Assembly: GCA_964057225.1 (NCBI GenBank)
Contig: OZ059896.1
Location: 19,096,001-19,160,000, forward strand
Direction: 5' to 3'
DNA length: 64,000 nucleotides
Source of the DNA: Auanema rhodensis
Lineage: Eukaryota > Animalia > Nematoda
Under the pieces are notes generated by a model. The model had not been told where the DNA came from. It searched no databases and saw only the letters and a program-made list of their open reading frames with translations. This document shows positions 1 to 11,700 of the stretch, one piece after another; position 1 is the first letter of the stretch, and each line of letters starts with the position of its first letter. Made by a program: the position numbers and the translations under genes.

Positions 1-109
1 AACACAGATCGACGCAGCTTAAAAATCCGCATCGAATGCACTATACTACATTGAGAAACGCTTAATACAAAAATTAGTTATGATCGTTTGAAAAATGATG
101 CATTAGTGT

Positions 110-137
110 ATGTTGAGTTTCCGTGTACACTCAACAT
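110..137. other. 9-bp perfect inverted repeat with 10-nt loop, in nearly every monomer
   Basis: ATGTTGAGT (110-118) and ACTCAACAT (129-137). Confidence 0.9.
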
Positions 138-141
138 TGCT

Positions 142-213
142 TCCAAAAACATTTTGACAAAAATTTTTTCGAAAAATTTCAAAATAATTTAGCAAAAAGT
201 AGATGTTTTTAGA
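142..213. other. Degenerate A/T-rich quasi-palindrome with axis at monomer position 175/176
   Basis: TCCAAAAACATTT (142-154) matches the reverse complement of AGATGTTTTTAGA (201-213) at 11/13. The core is TTTCGAAA-aa-TTTCAAAA, overlapping the palindrome TTTTTCGAAAAA. Confidence 0.8.
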
Positions 214-287
214 TTCCTTTTTTCAAGGCAAAGACGATGGACAATGTTATTCAACGAAAAAATTAATTCTTCAGGGTGAAAATCGAG

Positions 288-318
288 GATATAAGTGTGA
301 ACTTATATCAGTTGATAT
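288..318. other. Two overlapping, mutually exclusive inverted repeats
   Basis: GATATAAGT-gtga-ACTTATATC (288-309, perfect 9 bp) overlaps ATATCA-gt-TGATAT (305-318). Confidence 0.88.
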
Positions 319-319
319 A

Positions 320-386
320 TCGGTGCATTTTTAAGCTAGCGCAAATCTGATAACACAGATCGACGCAGCTTAAAAATCCGCATCGA
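320..386. other. About 67-bp imperfect inverted repeat spanning each monomer junction
   Basis: TCGGTGC-ATTTTTAAGCT-a-GCG-caa-ATCTG [ataaca] CAGAT-cga-CGC-AGCTTAAAAAT-cc-GCATCGA. The 11-bp core ATTTTTAAGCT/AGCTTAAAAAT is a perfect reverse-complement pair. Confidence 0.9.
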
Positions 387-2457
387 ATGCACTATACTAC
401 ATTGAGAAACGCTTAATACAAAAATTAGTTATGATCGTTTGAAAAATGATGCATTAGTGTATGTTGAGTTTCCATGTACACTCAACATTGCTTCCAAAAA
501 CATTTTGACAAAAATTTTTTCGAAAAATTTCAAAATAATTTAGCAAAAAGTAGATGTTTTTAGATTCCTTTTTTCAAGGCAAAGACGATGGACAATGTTA
601 TTCAACGAAAAAATTAATTCTTCAGGGTGAAAATCGAGGATATAAGTGTGAACTTATATCAGTTGATATCTCGGTGCATTTTTAAGCTAGCGCAAATCTG
701 ATAACACAGATCGACGCAGCTTAAAAATCCGCATCGAATGCACTATACTACATTGAGAAACGCTTAATACAAAAATTAGTTATGATCGTTTGAAAAATGA
801 TGCATTAGTGTATGTTGAGTTTCCATGTACACTCAACATTGCTTCCAAAAACATTTTGACAAAAATTTTTTCGAAAAATTTCAAAATAATTTAGCAAAAA
901 GTAGATGTTTTTAGATTCCTTTTTTCAAGGCAAAGACGATGGACATTGTTATTCAACGAAAAAATTAATTCTTCAGGGTGAAAATCGAGGATATAAGTGT
1001 GAACTTATATCAGTTGATATCTCGGTGCATTTTTAAGCTAGCGCAAATCTCATAACACAGATCGACGCAGCTTAAAAATCCGCATCGAATGCACTATACT
1101 ACATTGAGAAACGCTTAATACAAAAATTAGTTATGATCGTTTGAAAAATGATGCATTAGTGTATGTTGAGTTTCCATGTACACTCAACATTGCTTCCAAA
1201 AACATTTTGACAAAAATTTTTTCGAAAAATTTCAAAATAATTTAGCAAAAAGTAGATGTTTTTAGATTCCTTTTTTCAAGGCAAAGACGATGGACAATGT
1301 TATTCAACGAAAAAATTAATTCTTCAGGGTGAAAATCGAGGATATAAGTGTGAACTTATATCAGTTGATATCTCGGTGCATTTTTAAGCTAGCGCAAATC
1401 TGATAACACAGATCGACGCAGCTTAAAAATCCGCATCGAATGCACTATACTACATTGAGAAACGCTTAATACAAAAATTAGTTATGATCGTTTGAAAAAT
1501 GATGCATTAGTGTATGTTGAGTTTCCATGTACACTCAACATTGCTTCCAAAAACATTTTGACAAAAATTTTTTCGAAAAATTTCAAAATAATTTAGCAAA
1601 AAGTAGATGTTTTTAGATTCCTTTTTTCAAGGCAAAGACGATGGACATTGTTATTCAACGAAAAAATTAATTCTTCAGGGTGAAAATCGAGGATATAAGT
1701 GTGAACTTATATCAGTTGATATCTCGGTGCATTTTTAAGCTAGCGCAAATCTCATAACACAGATCGACGCAGCTTAAAAATCCGCATCGAATGCACTATA
1801 CTACATTGAGAAACGCTTAATACAAAAATTAGTTATGATCGTTTGAAAAATGATGCATTAGTGTATGTTGAGTTTCCATGTACACTCAACATTGCTTCCA
1901 AAAACATTTTGACAAAAATTTTTTCGAAAAATTTCAAAATAATTTAGCAAAAAGTAGATGTTTTTAGATTCCTTCTTTCAAGGCAAAGACGATGGACAAT
2001 GTTATTCAACGAAAAAATTAATTCTTCAGGGTGAAAATCGAGGATATAAGTGTGAACTTATATCAGTTGATATATCGGTGCATTTTTAAGCTAGCGCAAA
2101 TCTGATAACACAGATCGACGCAGCTTAAAAATCCGCATCGAATGCACTATACTACAGTGAGAATCGCTTAATACAAAAATTAGTTATGATCGTTTGAAAA
2201 ATGATGCATTAGTGTATGTTGAGTTTCCATGTACACTCAACATTGCTTCCAAAAACATTTTGACAAAAATTTTTTCGAAAAATTTCAAAATAATTTAGCA
2301 AAAAGTAGATGTTTTTAGATTCCTTTTTTCAAGGCAAAGACGATGGACATTGTTATTCAACGAAAAAATTAATTCTTCATTGTGAAAATCGAGGATATAA
2401 GTGTGAACTTATATCAGTTGATATCTCGGTGCATTTTTAAGCTAGCGCAAATCTGAT

Positions 2458-5400
2458 AACACAGATCGACCCAGCTTAAAAATCCGCATCGAATGCACTA
2501 TACTACATTGAGAAACGCTTAATACAAGAATTAGTTATGATCGTTTGAAAAATGATGCATTAGTGTATGTTGAGTTTCCATGTACACTCAACATTGCTTC
2601 CAAAAACATTTTGACAAAAATTTTTTCGTAAAATTTCAAAATAATTTAGCAAAAAGTAGATGTTTTTAGATTCCTTTTTTCAAGGCAAAGACGATGGACA
2701 ATGTTATTCAACGAAAAAATTAATTCTTCAGGGTGAAAATCGAGGATATAAGTGTGAACTTATATCAGTTGATGTCTCGGTGCACTTTTAAGCTAGCGCA
2801 AATCTGATAACACAGATCGACGCAGCTTAAAAATCCGCATCAAATGCACTATACTACATTGAGAAACGCTTAATACAAAAATTAGTTATGATCGTTTGGA
2901 AAATGATGCATTAGTGTATGTTGAGTTTCCATGTACACTCAACATTGCTTCCAAAAACATTTTGACAAAAATTTTTTCGAAAAATTTCTAAATAATTTAG
3001 CAGAAAGTAGATGTTTTTAGATTCTTTTTTTCAAGGCAAAGACGATGGACAATGTTATTCAACGAAAAAATTAATTCTTCAGGGTGAAAATCGAGGATAT
3101 AAGTGTGAACTTATATCAGTTGATATCTCGGTGCATTTTTAAGCTAGCGCAAATCTGATAACACAGATCGACGCAGCTTAAAAATCCGCATCGAATGCAC
3201 TATACTACATTGAGAAACGCTTAATACAAAAATTAGTTATGATCGTTTGAAAAATGATGCATTAGTGTATGTTGAGTTTCCATGTACACTCAACATTGCT
3301 TCCAAAAACATTTTGACAAAAATTTTTTCGAAAAATTTCTAAATAATTTAGCAGAAAGTAGATGTTTTTAGATTCTTTTTTTCAAGGCAAAGACGATGGA
3401 CAATGTTATTCAACGAAAAAATTAATTCTTCAGGGTGAAAATCGAGGATATAAGTGTGAACTTATATCAGTTGATATCTCGGTGCATTTTTAAGCTAGCG
3501 CAAATCTGATAACACAGATCGACGCAGCTTAAAAATCCGCATCGAATGCACTATACTACATTGAGAAACGCTTAATACAAAAATTAGTTATGATCGTTTG
3601 AAAAATGATGCATTAGTGTATGTTGAGTTTCCATGTACACTCAACATTGCTTCCAAAAACATTTTGACAAAAATTTTTTCGAAAAATTTCAAAATAATTT
3701 AGCAAAAAGTAGATGTTTTTAGATTCCTTTTTTCAAGGCAAAGACGATGGACAATGTTATTCAACGAAAAAATTAATTCTTCAGGGTGAAAATCGAGAAT
3801 ATAAGTGTGAACTTATATCAGTTGATATCTCGGTGCATTTTTAAGCTAGCGCAAATCTGATAACACAGATCGACGCAGCTTAAAAATCCGCATCGAATGC
3901 ACTATACTACATTGAGAAACGCTTAATACAAAAATTAGTTATGATCGTTTGAAAAATGATGCATTAGTGTATGTTGAGTTTCCATGTACACTCAACATTG
4001 CTTCCAAAAACATTTTGACAAAAATTTTTTCGAAAAATTTCAAAATAATTTAGCAAAAAGTAGATGTTTTTAGATTCCTTTTTTCAAGGCAAAGACGATG
4101 GACATTGTTATTCAACGAAAAAATTAATTCTTCAGGGTGAAAATCGAGGATATAAGTGTGAACTTATATCAGTTGATATCTCGGTGCATTTTTAAGCTAG
4201 CGCAAATCTGATAACACAGATCGACGCAGCTTAAAAATCCGCATCGAATGCACTATACTACATTGAGAAACGCTTAATACAAAAATTAGTTATGATCGTT
4301 TGAAAAATGATGCATTAGTGTATGTTGAGTTTCCATGTACACTCAACATTGCTTCCAAAAACATTTTCACAAAAATTTTTTCGAAAAATTTCAAAATAAT
4401 TTAGAAAAAAGTAGATGTTTTTAGATTCCATTTTTCAAGGCAAAGACGATGGACAATGTTATTCAACGAAAAAATTAATTCTTCAGGGTGAAAATCGAGG
4501 ATATAAGTGTGAACTTGTATAAGTTGATATCTCGGTGCATTTTTAAGCTAGCGCAAATCTGATAACACAGATCGACGCAGCTTAAAAATCCGCATCGAAT
4601 GCACTATACTACATTGAGAAACGCTTAATACAAAAATTAGTTATGATCGTTTGAAAAATGATGCATTAGTGTATGTTGAGTTTCCATGTACACTCAACAT
4701 TGCTTCCAAAAACATTTTCACAAAAATTTTTTCGAAAAATTTCAAAATAATTTAGAAAAAAGTAGATGTTTTTAGATTCCATTTTTCAAGGCAAAGACGA
4801 TGGACAATGTTATTCAACGAAAAAATTAATTCTTCAGGGTGAAAATCGAGGATATAAGTGTGAACTTGTATAAGTTGATATCTCGGTGCATTTTTAAGCT
4901 AGCGCAAATCTGATAACACAGATCGACGCAGCTTAAAAATCCGCATCGAATGCACTATACTACATTGAGAAACGCTTAATACAAAAATTAGTTATGATCG
5001 TTTGAAAAATGATGCATTAGTGTATGTTGAGTTTCCATGTACACTCAACATTGCTTCCAAAAACATTTTGACAAAAATTTTTTCGAAAAATTTCAAAATA
5101 ATTTAGCAAAAAGTAGATGTTTTTAGATTCCTTTTTTCAAGGCAAAGACGATGGACATTGTTATTCAACGAAAAAATTAATTCTTCAGGGTGAAAATCGA
5201 GGATATAAGTGTGAACTTATATCAGTTGATATCTCGGTGCATTTTTAAGCTAGCGCAAATCTGATAACACAGATCGACCCAGCTTAAAAATCCGCATCGA
5301 ATGCACTATACTACATTGAGAAACGCTTAATACAAGAATTAGTTATGATCGTTTGAAAAATGATGCATTAGTGTATGTTGAGTTTCCATGTACACTCAAC

Positions 5401-8400
5401 ATTGCTTCCAAAAACATTTTGACAAAAATTTTTTCGTAAAATTTCAAAATAATTTAGCAAAAAGTAGATGTTTTTAGATTCCTTTTTTCAAGGCAAAGAC
5501 GATGGACAATGTTATTCAACGAAAAAATTAATTCTTCAGGGTGAAAATCGAGGATATAAGTGTGAACTTATATCAGTTGATGTCTCGGTGCACTTTTAAG
5601 CTAGCGCAAATCTGATAACACAGATCGACGCAGCTTAAAAATCCGCATCAAATGCACTATACTACATTGAGAAACGCTTAATACAAAAATTAGTTATGAT
5701 CGTTTGAAAAATGATGCATTAGTGTATGTTGAGTTTCCATGTACACTCAACATTGCTTCCAAAAACATTTTGACAAAAATTTTTTCGAAAAATTTCTAAA
5801 TAATTTAGCAGAAAGTAGATGTTTTTAGATTCTTTTTTTCAAGGCAAAGACGATGGACAATGTTATTCAACGAAAAAATTAATTCTTCAGGGTGAAAATC
5901 GAGGATATAAGTGTGAACTTATATCAGTTGATATCTCGGTGCATTTTTAAGCTAGCGCAAATCTGATAACACAGATCGACGCAGCTTAAAAATCCGCATC
6001 GAATGCACTATACTACATTGAGAAACGCTTAATACAAAAATTAGTTATGATCGTTTGAAAAATGATGCATTAGTGTATGTTGAGTTTCCATGTACACTCA
6101 ACATTGCTTCCAAAAACATTTTGACAAAAATTTTTTCGAAAAATTTCTAAATAATTTAGCAGAAAGTAGATGTTTTTAGATTCTTTTTTTCAAGGCAAAG
6201 ACGATGGACAATGTTATTCAACGAAAAAATTAATTCTTCAGGGTGAAAATCGAGGATATAAGTGTGAACTTATATCAGTTGATATCTCGGTGCATTTTTA
6301 AGCTAGCGCAAATCTGATAACACAGATCGACGCAGCTTAAAAATCCGCATCGAATGCACTATACTACATTGAGAAACGCTTAATACAAAAATTAGTTATG
6401 ATCGTTTGAAAAATGATGCATTAGTGTATGTTGAGTTTCCATGTACACTCAACATTGCTTCCAAAAACATTTTGACAAAATTTTTTCGAAAAATTTCAAA
6501 ATAATTTAGCAAAAAGTAGATGTTTTTAGATTCCTTTTTTCAAGGCAAAGACGATGGACAATGTTATTCAACGAAAAAATTAATTCTTCAGGGTGAAAAT
6601 CGAGAATATAAGTGTGAACTTATATCAGTTGATATCTCGGTGCATTTTTAAGCTAGCGCAAATCTGATAACACAGATCGACGCAGCTTAAAAATCCGCAT
6701 CGAATGCACTATACTACATTGAGAAACGCTTAATACAAAAATTAGTTATGATCGTTTGAAAAATGATGCATTAGTGTATGTTGAGTTTCCATGTACACTC
6801 AACATTGCTTCCAAAAACATTTTGACAAAAATTTTTTCGAAAAATTTCAAAATAATTTAGCAAAAAGTAGATGTTTTCAGATACCTTTTTTCAAGGCAAA
6901 GACGATGGACAATGTTATTCAACGAAAAAATTAATTCTTCAGGGTGAAAATCGAGAATATAAGTGTGAACTTATATCAGTTGATATCTCGGTGCATTTTT
7001 AAGCTAGCGCAAATCTGATAACACAGATCGACGCAGCTTAAAAATCCGCATCGAATTCACTATACTACATTGAGAAACGCTTAATACAAAAATTAGTTAT
7101 GATCGTTTGAAAAATGATGCATTAGTGTATGTTGAGTTTCCATGTACACTCAACATTGCTTCCAAAAACATTTTGACAAAAATTTTTTCGAAAAATTTCA
7201 AAATAATTTAGCAAAAAGTAGATGTTTTTAGATTCCTTTTTTCAAGGCAAAGACGATGGATATTGTTATTCAACGAAAAAATTAATTCTTCAGGGTGAAA
7301 ATCGAGGATATAAGTGTGAACTTATATCAGTTGATATCTCGGTGCATTTTTAAGCTAGCGCAAATCTGATAACACAGATCGACCCAGCTTAAAAATCCGC
7401 ATCGAATGCACTATACTACATTGAGAAACGCTTAATACAAGAATTAGTTATGATCGTTTGAAAAATGATGCATTAGTGTATGTTGAGTTTCCATGTACAC
7501 TCAACATTGCTTCCAAAAACATTTTGACAAAAATTTTTTCGTAAAATTTCAAAATAATTTAGCAAAAAGTAGATGTTTTTAGATTCCTTTTTTCAAGGCA
7601 AAGACGATGGACAATGTTATTCAACGAAAAAATTAATTCTTCAGGGTGAAAATCGAGGATATAAGTGTGAACTTATATCAGTTGATGTCTCGGTGCACTT
7701 TTAAGCTAGCGCAAATCTGATAACACAGATCGACGCAGCTTAAAAATCCGCATCAAATGCACTATACTACATTGAGAAACGCTTAATACAAAAATTAGTT
7801 ATGATCGTTTGAAAAATGATGCATTAGTGTATGTTGAGTTTCCATGTACACTCAACATTGCTTCCAAAAACATTTTGACAAAAATTTTTTCGAAAAATTT
7901 CTAAATAATTTAGCAGAAAGTAGATGTTTTTAGATTCTTTTTTTCAAGGCAAAGACGATGGACAATGTTATTCAACGAAAAAATTAATTCTTCAGGGTGA
8001 AAATCGAGGATATAAGTGTGAACTTATATCAGTTGATATCTCGGTGCATTTTTAAGCTAGCGCAAATCTGATAACACAGATCGACGCAGCTTAAAAATCC
8101 GCATCGAATGCACTATACTACATTGAGAAACGCTTAATACAAAAATTAGTTATGATCGTTTGAAAAATGATGCATTAGTGTATGTTGAGTTTCCATGTAC
8201 ACTCAACATTGCTTCCAAAAACATTTTGACAAAAATTTTTTCGAAAAATTTCTAAATAATTTAGCAGAAAGTAGATGTTTTTAGATTCTTTTTTTCAAGG
8301 CAAAGACGATGGACAATGTTATTCAACGAAAAAATTAATTCTTCAGGGTGAAAATCGAGGATATAAGTGTGAACTTATATCAGTTGATATCTCGGTGCAT

Positions 8401-8774
8401 TTTTAAGCTAGCGCAAATCTGATAACACAGATCGACGCAGCTTAAAAATCCGCATCGAATGCACTATACTACATTGAGAAACGCTTAATACAAAAATTAG
8501 TTATGATCGTTTGAAAAATGATGCATTAGTGTATGTTGAGTTTCCATGTACACTCAACATTGCTTCCAAAAACATTTTGACAAAAATTTTTTCGAAAAAT
8601 TTCAAAATAATTTAGCAAAAAGTAGATGTTTTTAGATTCCTTTTTTCAAGGCAAAGACGATGGACAATGTTATTCAACGAAAAAATTAATTCGTCAGGGT
8701 GAAAATCGAGAATATAAGTGTGAACTTATATCAGTTGATATCTCGGTGCATTTTTAAGCTAGCGCAAATCTGAT
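2458..8774. repeat. Four-monomer variant cassette present three times (starts 2458, 5266, 7371)
   Basis: Same ordered markers each time: [GACCC, CAAGAA, CGTAAA, GATGTC, GCACTT], [CATCAAA, CTAAAT, CAGAAA], [CTAAAT, CAGAAA], [GAGAATAT]. Spacings are 2808 (8 monomers) and 2105 (6 monomers minus 1 bp). Confidence 0.88.
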
Positions 8775-11700
8775 AACACAGATCGACGCAGCTTAAAAAT
8801 CCGCATCGAATGCACTATACTACATTGAGAAACGCTTAATACAAAAATTAGTTATGATCGTTTGAAAAATGATGCATTAGTGTATGTTGAGTTTCCATGT
8901 ACACTCAACATTGCTTCCAAAAACATTTTGACAAAAATTTTTTCGAAAAATTTCAAAATAATTTAGCAAAAAGTAGATGTTTTTAGATTCCTTTTTTCAA
9001 GGCAAAGACGATGGACATTGTTATTCAACGAAAAAATTAATTCTTCAGGGTGAAAATCGAGGATATAAGTGTGAACTTATATCAGTTGATATCTCGGTGC
9101 ATTTTTAAGCTAGCGCAAATCTGATAACACAGATCGACGCAGCTTAAAAATCCGCATCGAATGCACTATACTACATTGAGAAACGCTTAATACAAAAATT
9201 AGTTATGATCGTTTGAAAAATGATGCATTAGTGTATGTTGAGTTTCCATGTACACTCAACATTGCTTCCAAAAACATTTTCACAAAAATTTTTTCGAAAA
9301 ATTTCAAAATAATTTAGCAAAAAGTAGATGTTTTTAGATTCCATTTTACAAGGCAAAGACGATGGACAATGTTATTCAACGAAAAAATTGATTCTTCAGG
9401 GTGAAAATCGAGGATATAAGTGTGAACTTGTATAAGTTGATATCTCGGTGCATTTTTAAGCTAGCGCAAATATGATAACACAGATCGACGCAGCTTAAAA
9501 ATCCGCATCGAATGCACTATACTACATTGAGAAACGCTTAATACAAAAATTAGTTATGATCGTTTGAAAAATGATGCATTAGTGTATGTTGAGTTTCCAT
9601 GTACACTCAACATTGCTTCCAAAAACATTTTGACAAAAATTTTTTCGAAAAATTTCAAAATAATTTAGCAAAAAGTAGATGTTTTTAGATTCCTTTTTTC
9701 AAGGCAAAGACGATGGACAATGTTATTCAACGAAAAAATTAATTCTTCAGGGTGAAAATCGAGAATATAAGTGTGAACTTATATCAGTTGATATCTCGGT
9801 GCATTTTTAAGCTAGCGCAAATCTGATAACACAGATCGACGCAGCTTAAAAATCCGCATCGAATGCACTATACTACATTGAGAAACGCTTAATACAAAAA
9901 TTAGTTATGATCGTTTGAAAAATGATGCATTAGTGTATGTTGAGTTTCCATGTACACTCAACATTGCTTCCAAAAACATTTTCACAAAAATTTTTTCGAA
10001 AAATTTCAAAATAATTTAGCAAAAAGTAGATGTTTTTAGATTCCATTTTTCAAGGCAAAGACGATGGACAATGTTATTCAACGAAAAAATTGATTCTTCA
10101 GGGTGAAAATCGAGGATATAAGTGTGAACTTGTATAAGTTGATATCTCGGTGCATTTTTAAGCTAGCGCAAATATGATAACACAGATCGACGCAGCTTAA
10201 AAATCCGCATCGAATGCACTATACTACATTGAGAAACGCTTAATACAAAAATTAGTTATGATCGTTTGAAAAATGATGCATTAGTGTATGTTGAGTTTCC
10301 ATGTACACTCAACATTGCTTCCAAAAACATTTTGACAAAAATTTTTTCGAAAAATTTCAAAATAATTTAGCAAAAAGTAGATGTTTTTAGATACCTTTTT
10401 TCAAGGCAAAGACGATGGACAATGTTATTCAACGAAAAAATTAATTCTTCAGGGTGAAAATCGAGAATATAAGTGTGAACTTATATCAGTTGATATCTCG
10501 GTGCATTTTTAAGCTAGCGCAAATCTGATAACACAGATCGACGCAGCTTAAAAATCCGCATCGAATGCACTATACTACATTGAGAAACGCTTAATACAAA
10601 AATTAGTTATGATCGTTTGAAAAATGATGCATTAGTGTATGTTGAGTTTCCATGTACACTCAACATTGCTTCCAAAAACATTTTGACAAAAATTTTTTCG
10701 AAAAATTTCAAAATAATTTAGCAAAAAGTAGATGTTTTCAGATTCCTTATTTCAAGGCAAAGACGATGGACATTGTTATTCAACGAAAAAATTAATTCTT
10801 CAGGGTGAAAATCGAGGATATAAGTGTGAACTTATATCAGTTGATATCTCGGTGCATTTTTAAGCTAGCGCAAATCTGATAACACAGATCGACGCAGCTT
10901 AAAAATCCGCATCGAATGCACTATACTACATTGAGAAACGCTTAATACAAAAATTAGTTATGATCGTTTGAAAAATGATGCATTAGTGTATGTTGAGTTT
11001 CCATGTACACTTAACATTGCTTCCAAAAACATTTTGACAAAAATTTTTTCGAAAAATTTCAAAATAATTTAGCAAAAAGTAGATGTTTTTAGATTCCTTT
11101 TTTCAAGGCAAAGACGATGGACAATGTTATTCAACGAAAAAATTAATTCTTCAGGGTGAAAATCGAGGATATAAGTGTGAACTTATATCAGTTGATATCT
11201 CGGTGCATTTTTAAGCTAGCGCAAATCTCATAACACAGATCGACGCAGCTTAACAATCCGCATCGAATGCACTATACTACATTGAAAAACGCTTAATACA
11301 AGAATTAGTTATGATCGTTTGAAAAATGATGCATTAGTGTATGTTGAGTTTCCATGTACACTCAACATTGCTTCCAAAAACATTTTGACAAAAATTTTTT
11401 CGAAAAATTTCAAAATAATTTAGCAAAAAGTAGATGTTTTTAGATTCCTTTTTTCAAGGCAAAGACGATGGACAATGTTATTCAACGAAAAAATTAATTC
11501 TTCAGGGTGAAAATCGAGGATATAAGTGTGAACTTATATCAGTTGATATATCGGTGCATTTTTAAGCTAGCGCAAATCTGATAACACAGATCGACGCAGC
11601 TTAAAAATCCGCATCGAATGCACTATACTACATTGAAAAACGCTTAATACAAGAATTAGTTATGATCGTTTGAAAAATGATGCATTAGTGTATGTTGAGT

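Larger units (their letters stand above)
1..351. repeat. Representative 351-bp monomer
   Basis: First full period. It differs from the majority consensus at positions 123 (A>G) and 319 (C>A). The consensus carries single NheI (GCTAGC), BstBI (TTCGAA), NsiI (ATGCAT), BsrGI (TGTACA) and EcoRV (GATATC) sites. Confidence 0.98.

Noticed and set aside
167-183. CENP-B box-like motif (TTCG....A)
   Set aside because: It lacks the required downstream CGGG, so the match is only partial.
268-274. Hammerhead ribozyme as found in some animal satellites (minus-strand CUGAAGA matches CUGANGA; plus-strand CUGAUAA is similar)
   Set aside because: I could not find a stem II followed by GAAA, nor stems I/III with an NUH site in the right geometry. 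An Infernal/Rfam scan would settle it.
1-351. Identity with a known family (Drosophila 359-bp/1.688, Tribolium ~350-360-bp satellites, 5S rDNA, tRNA or spliced-leader arrays)
   Set aside because: Only the length is similar. I recognise no diagnostic sequence, Pol III boxes or SL exon, and cannot assign a family without a database search.
1-351. Internal dimer of two ~175-bp subrepeats
   Set aside because: No convincing similarity between the two halves by eye.
6470-6490. Singleton 1-bp A deletion in monomer 6319 as a meaningful event on its own
   Set aside because: It is a single homopolymer change absent from sister copies and cannot be distinguished from sequencing error.
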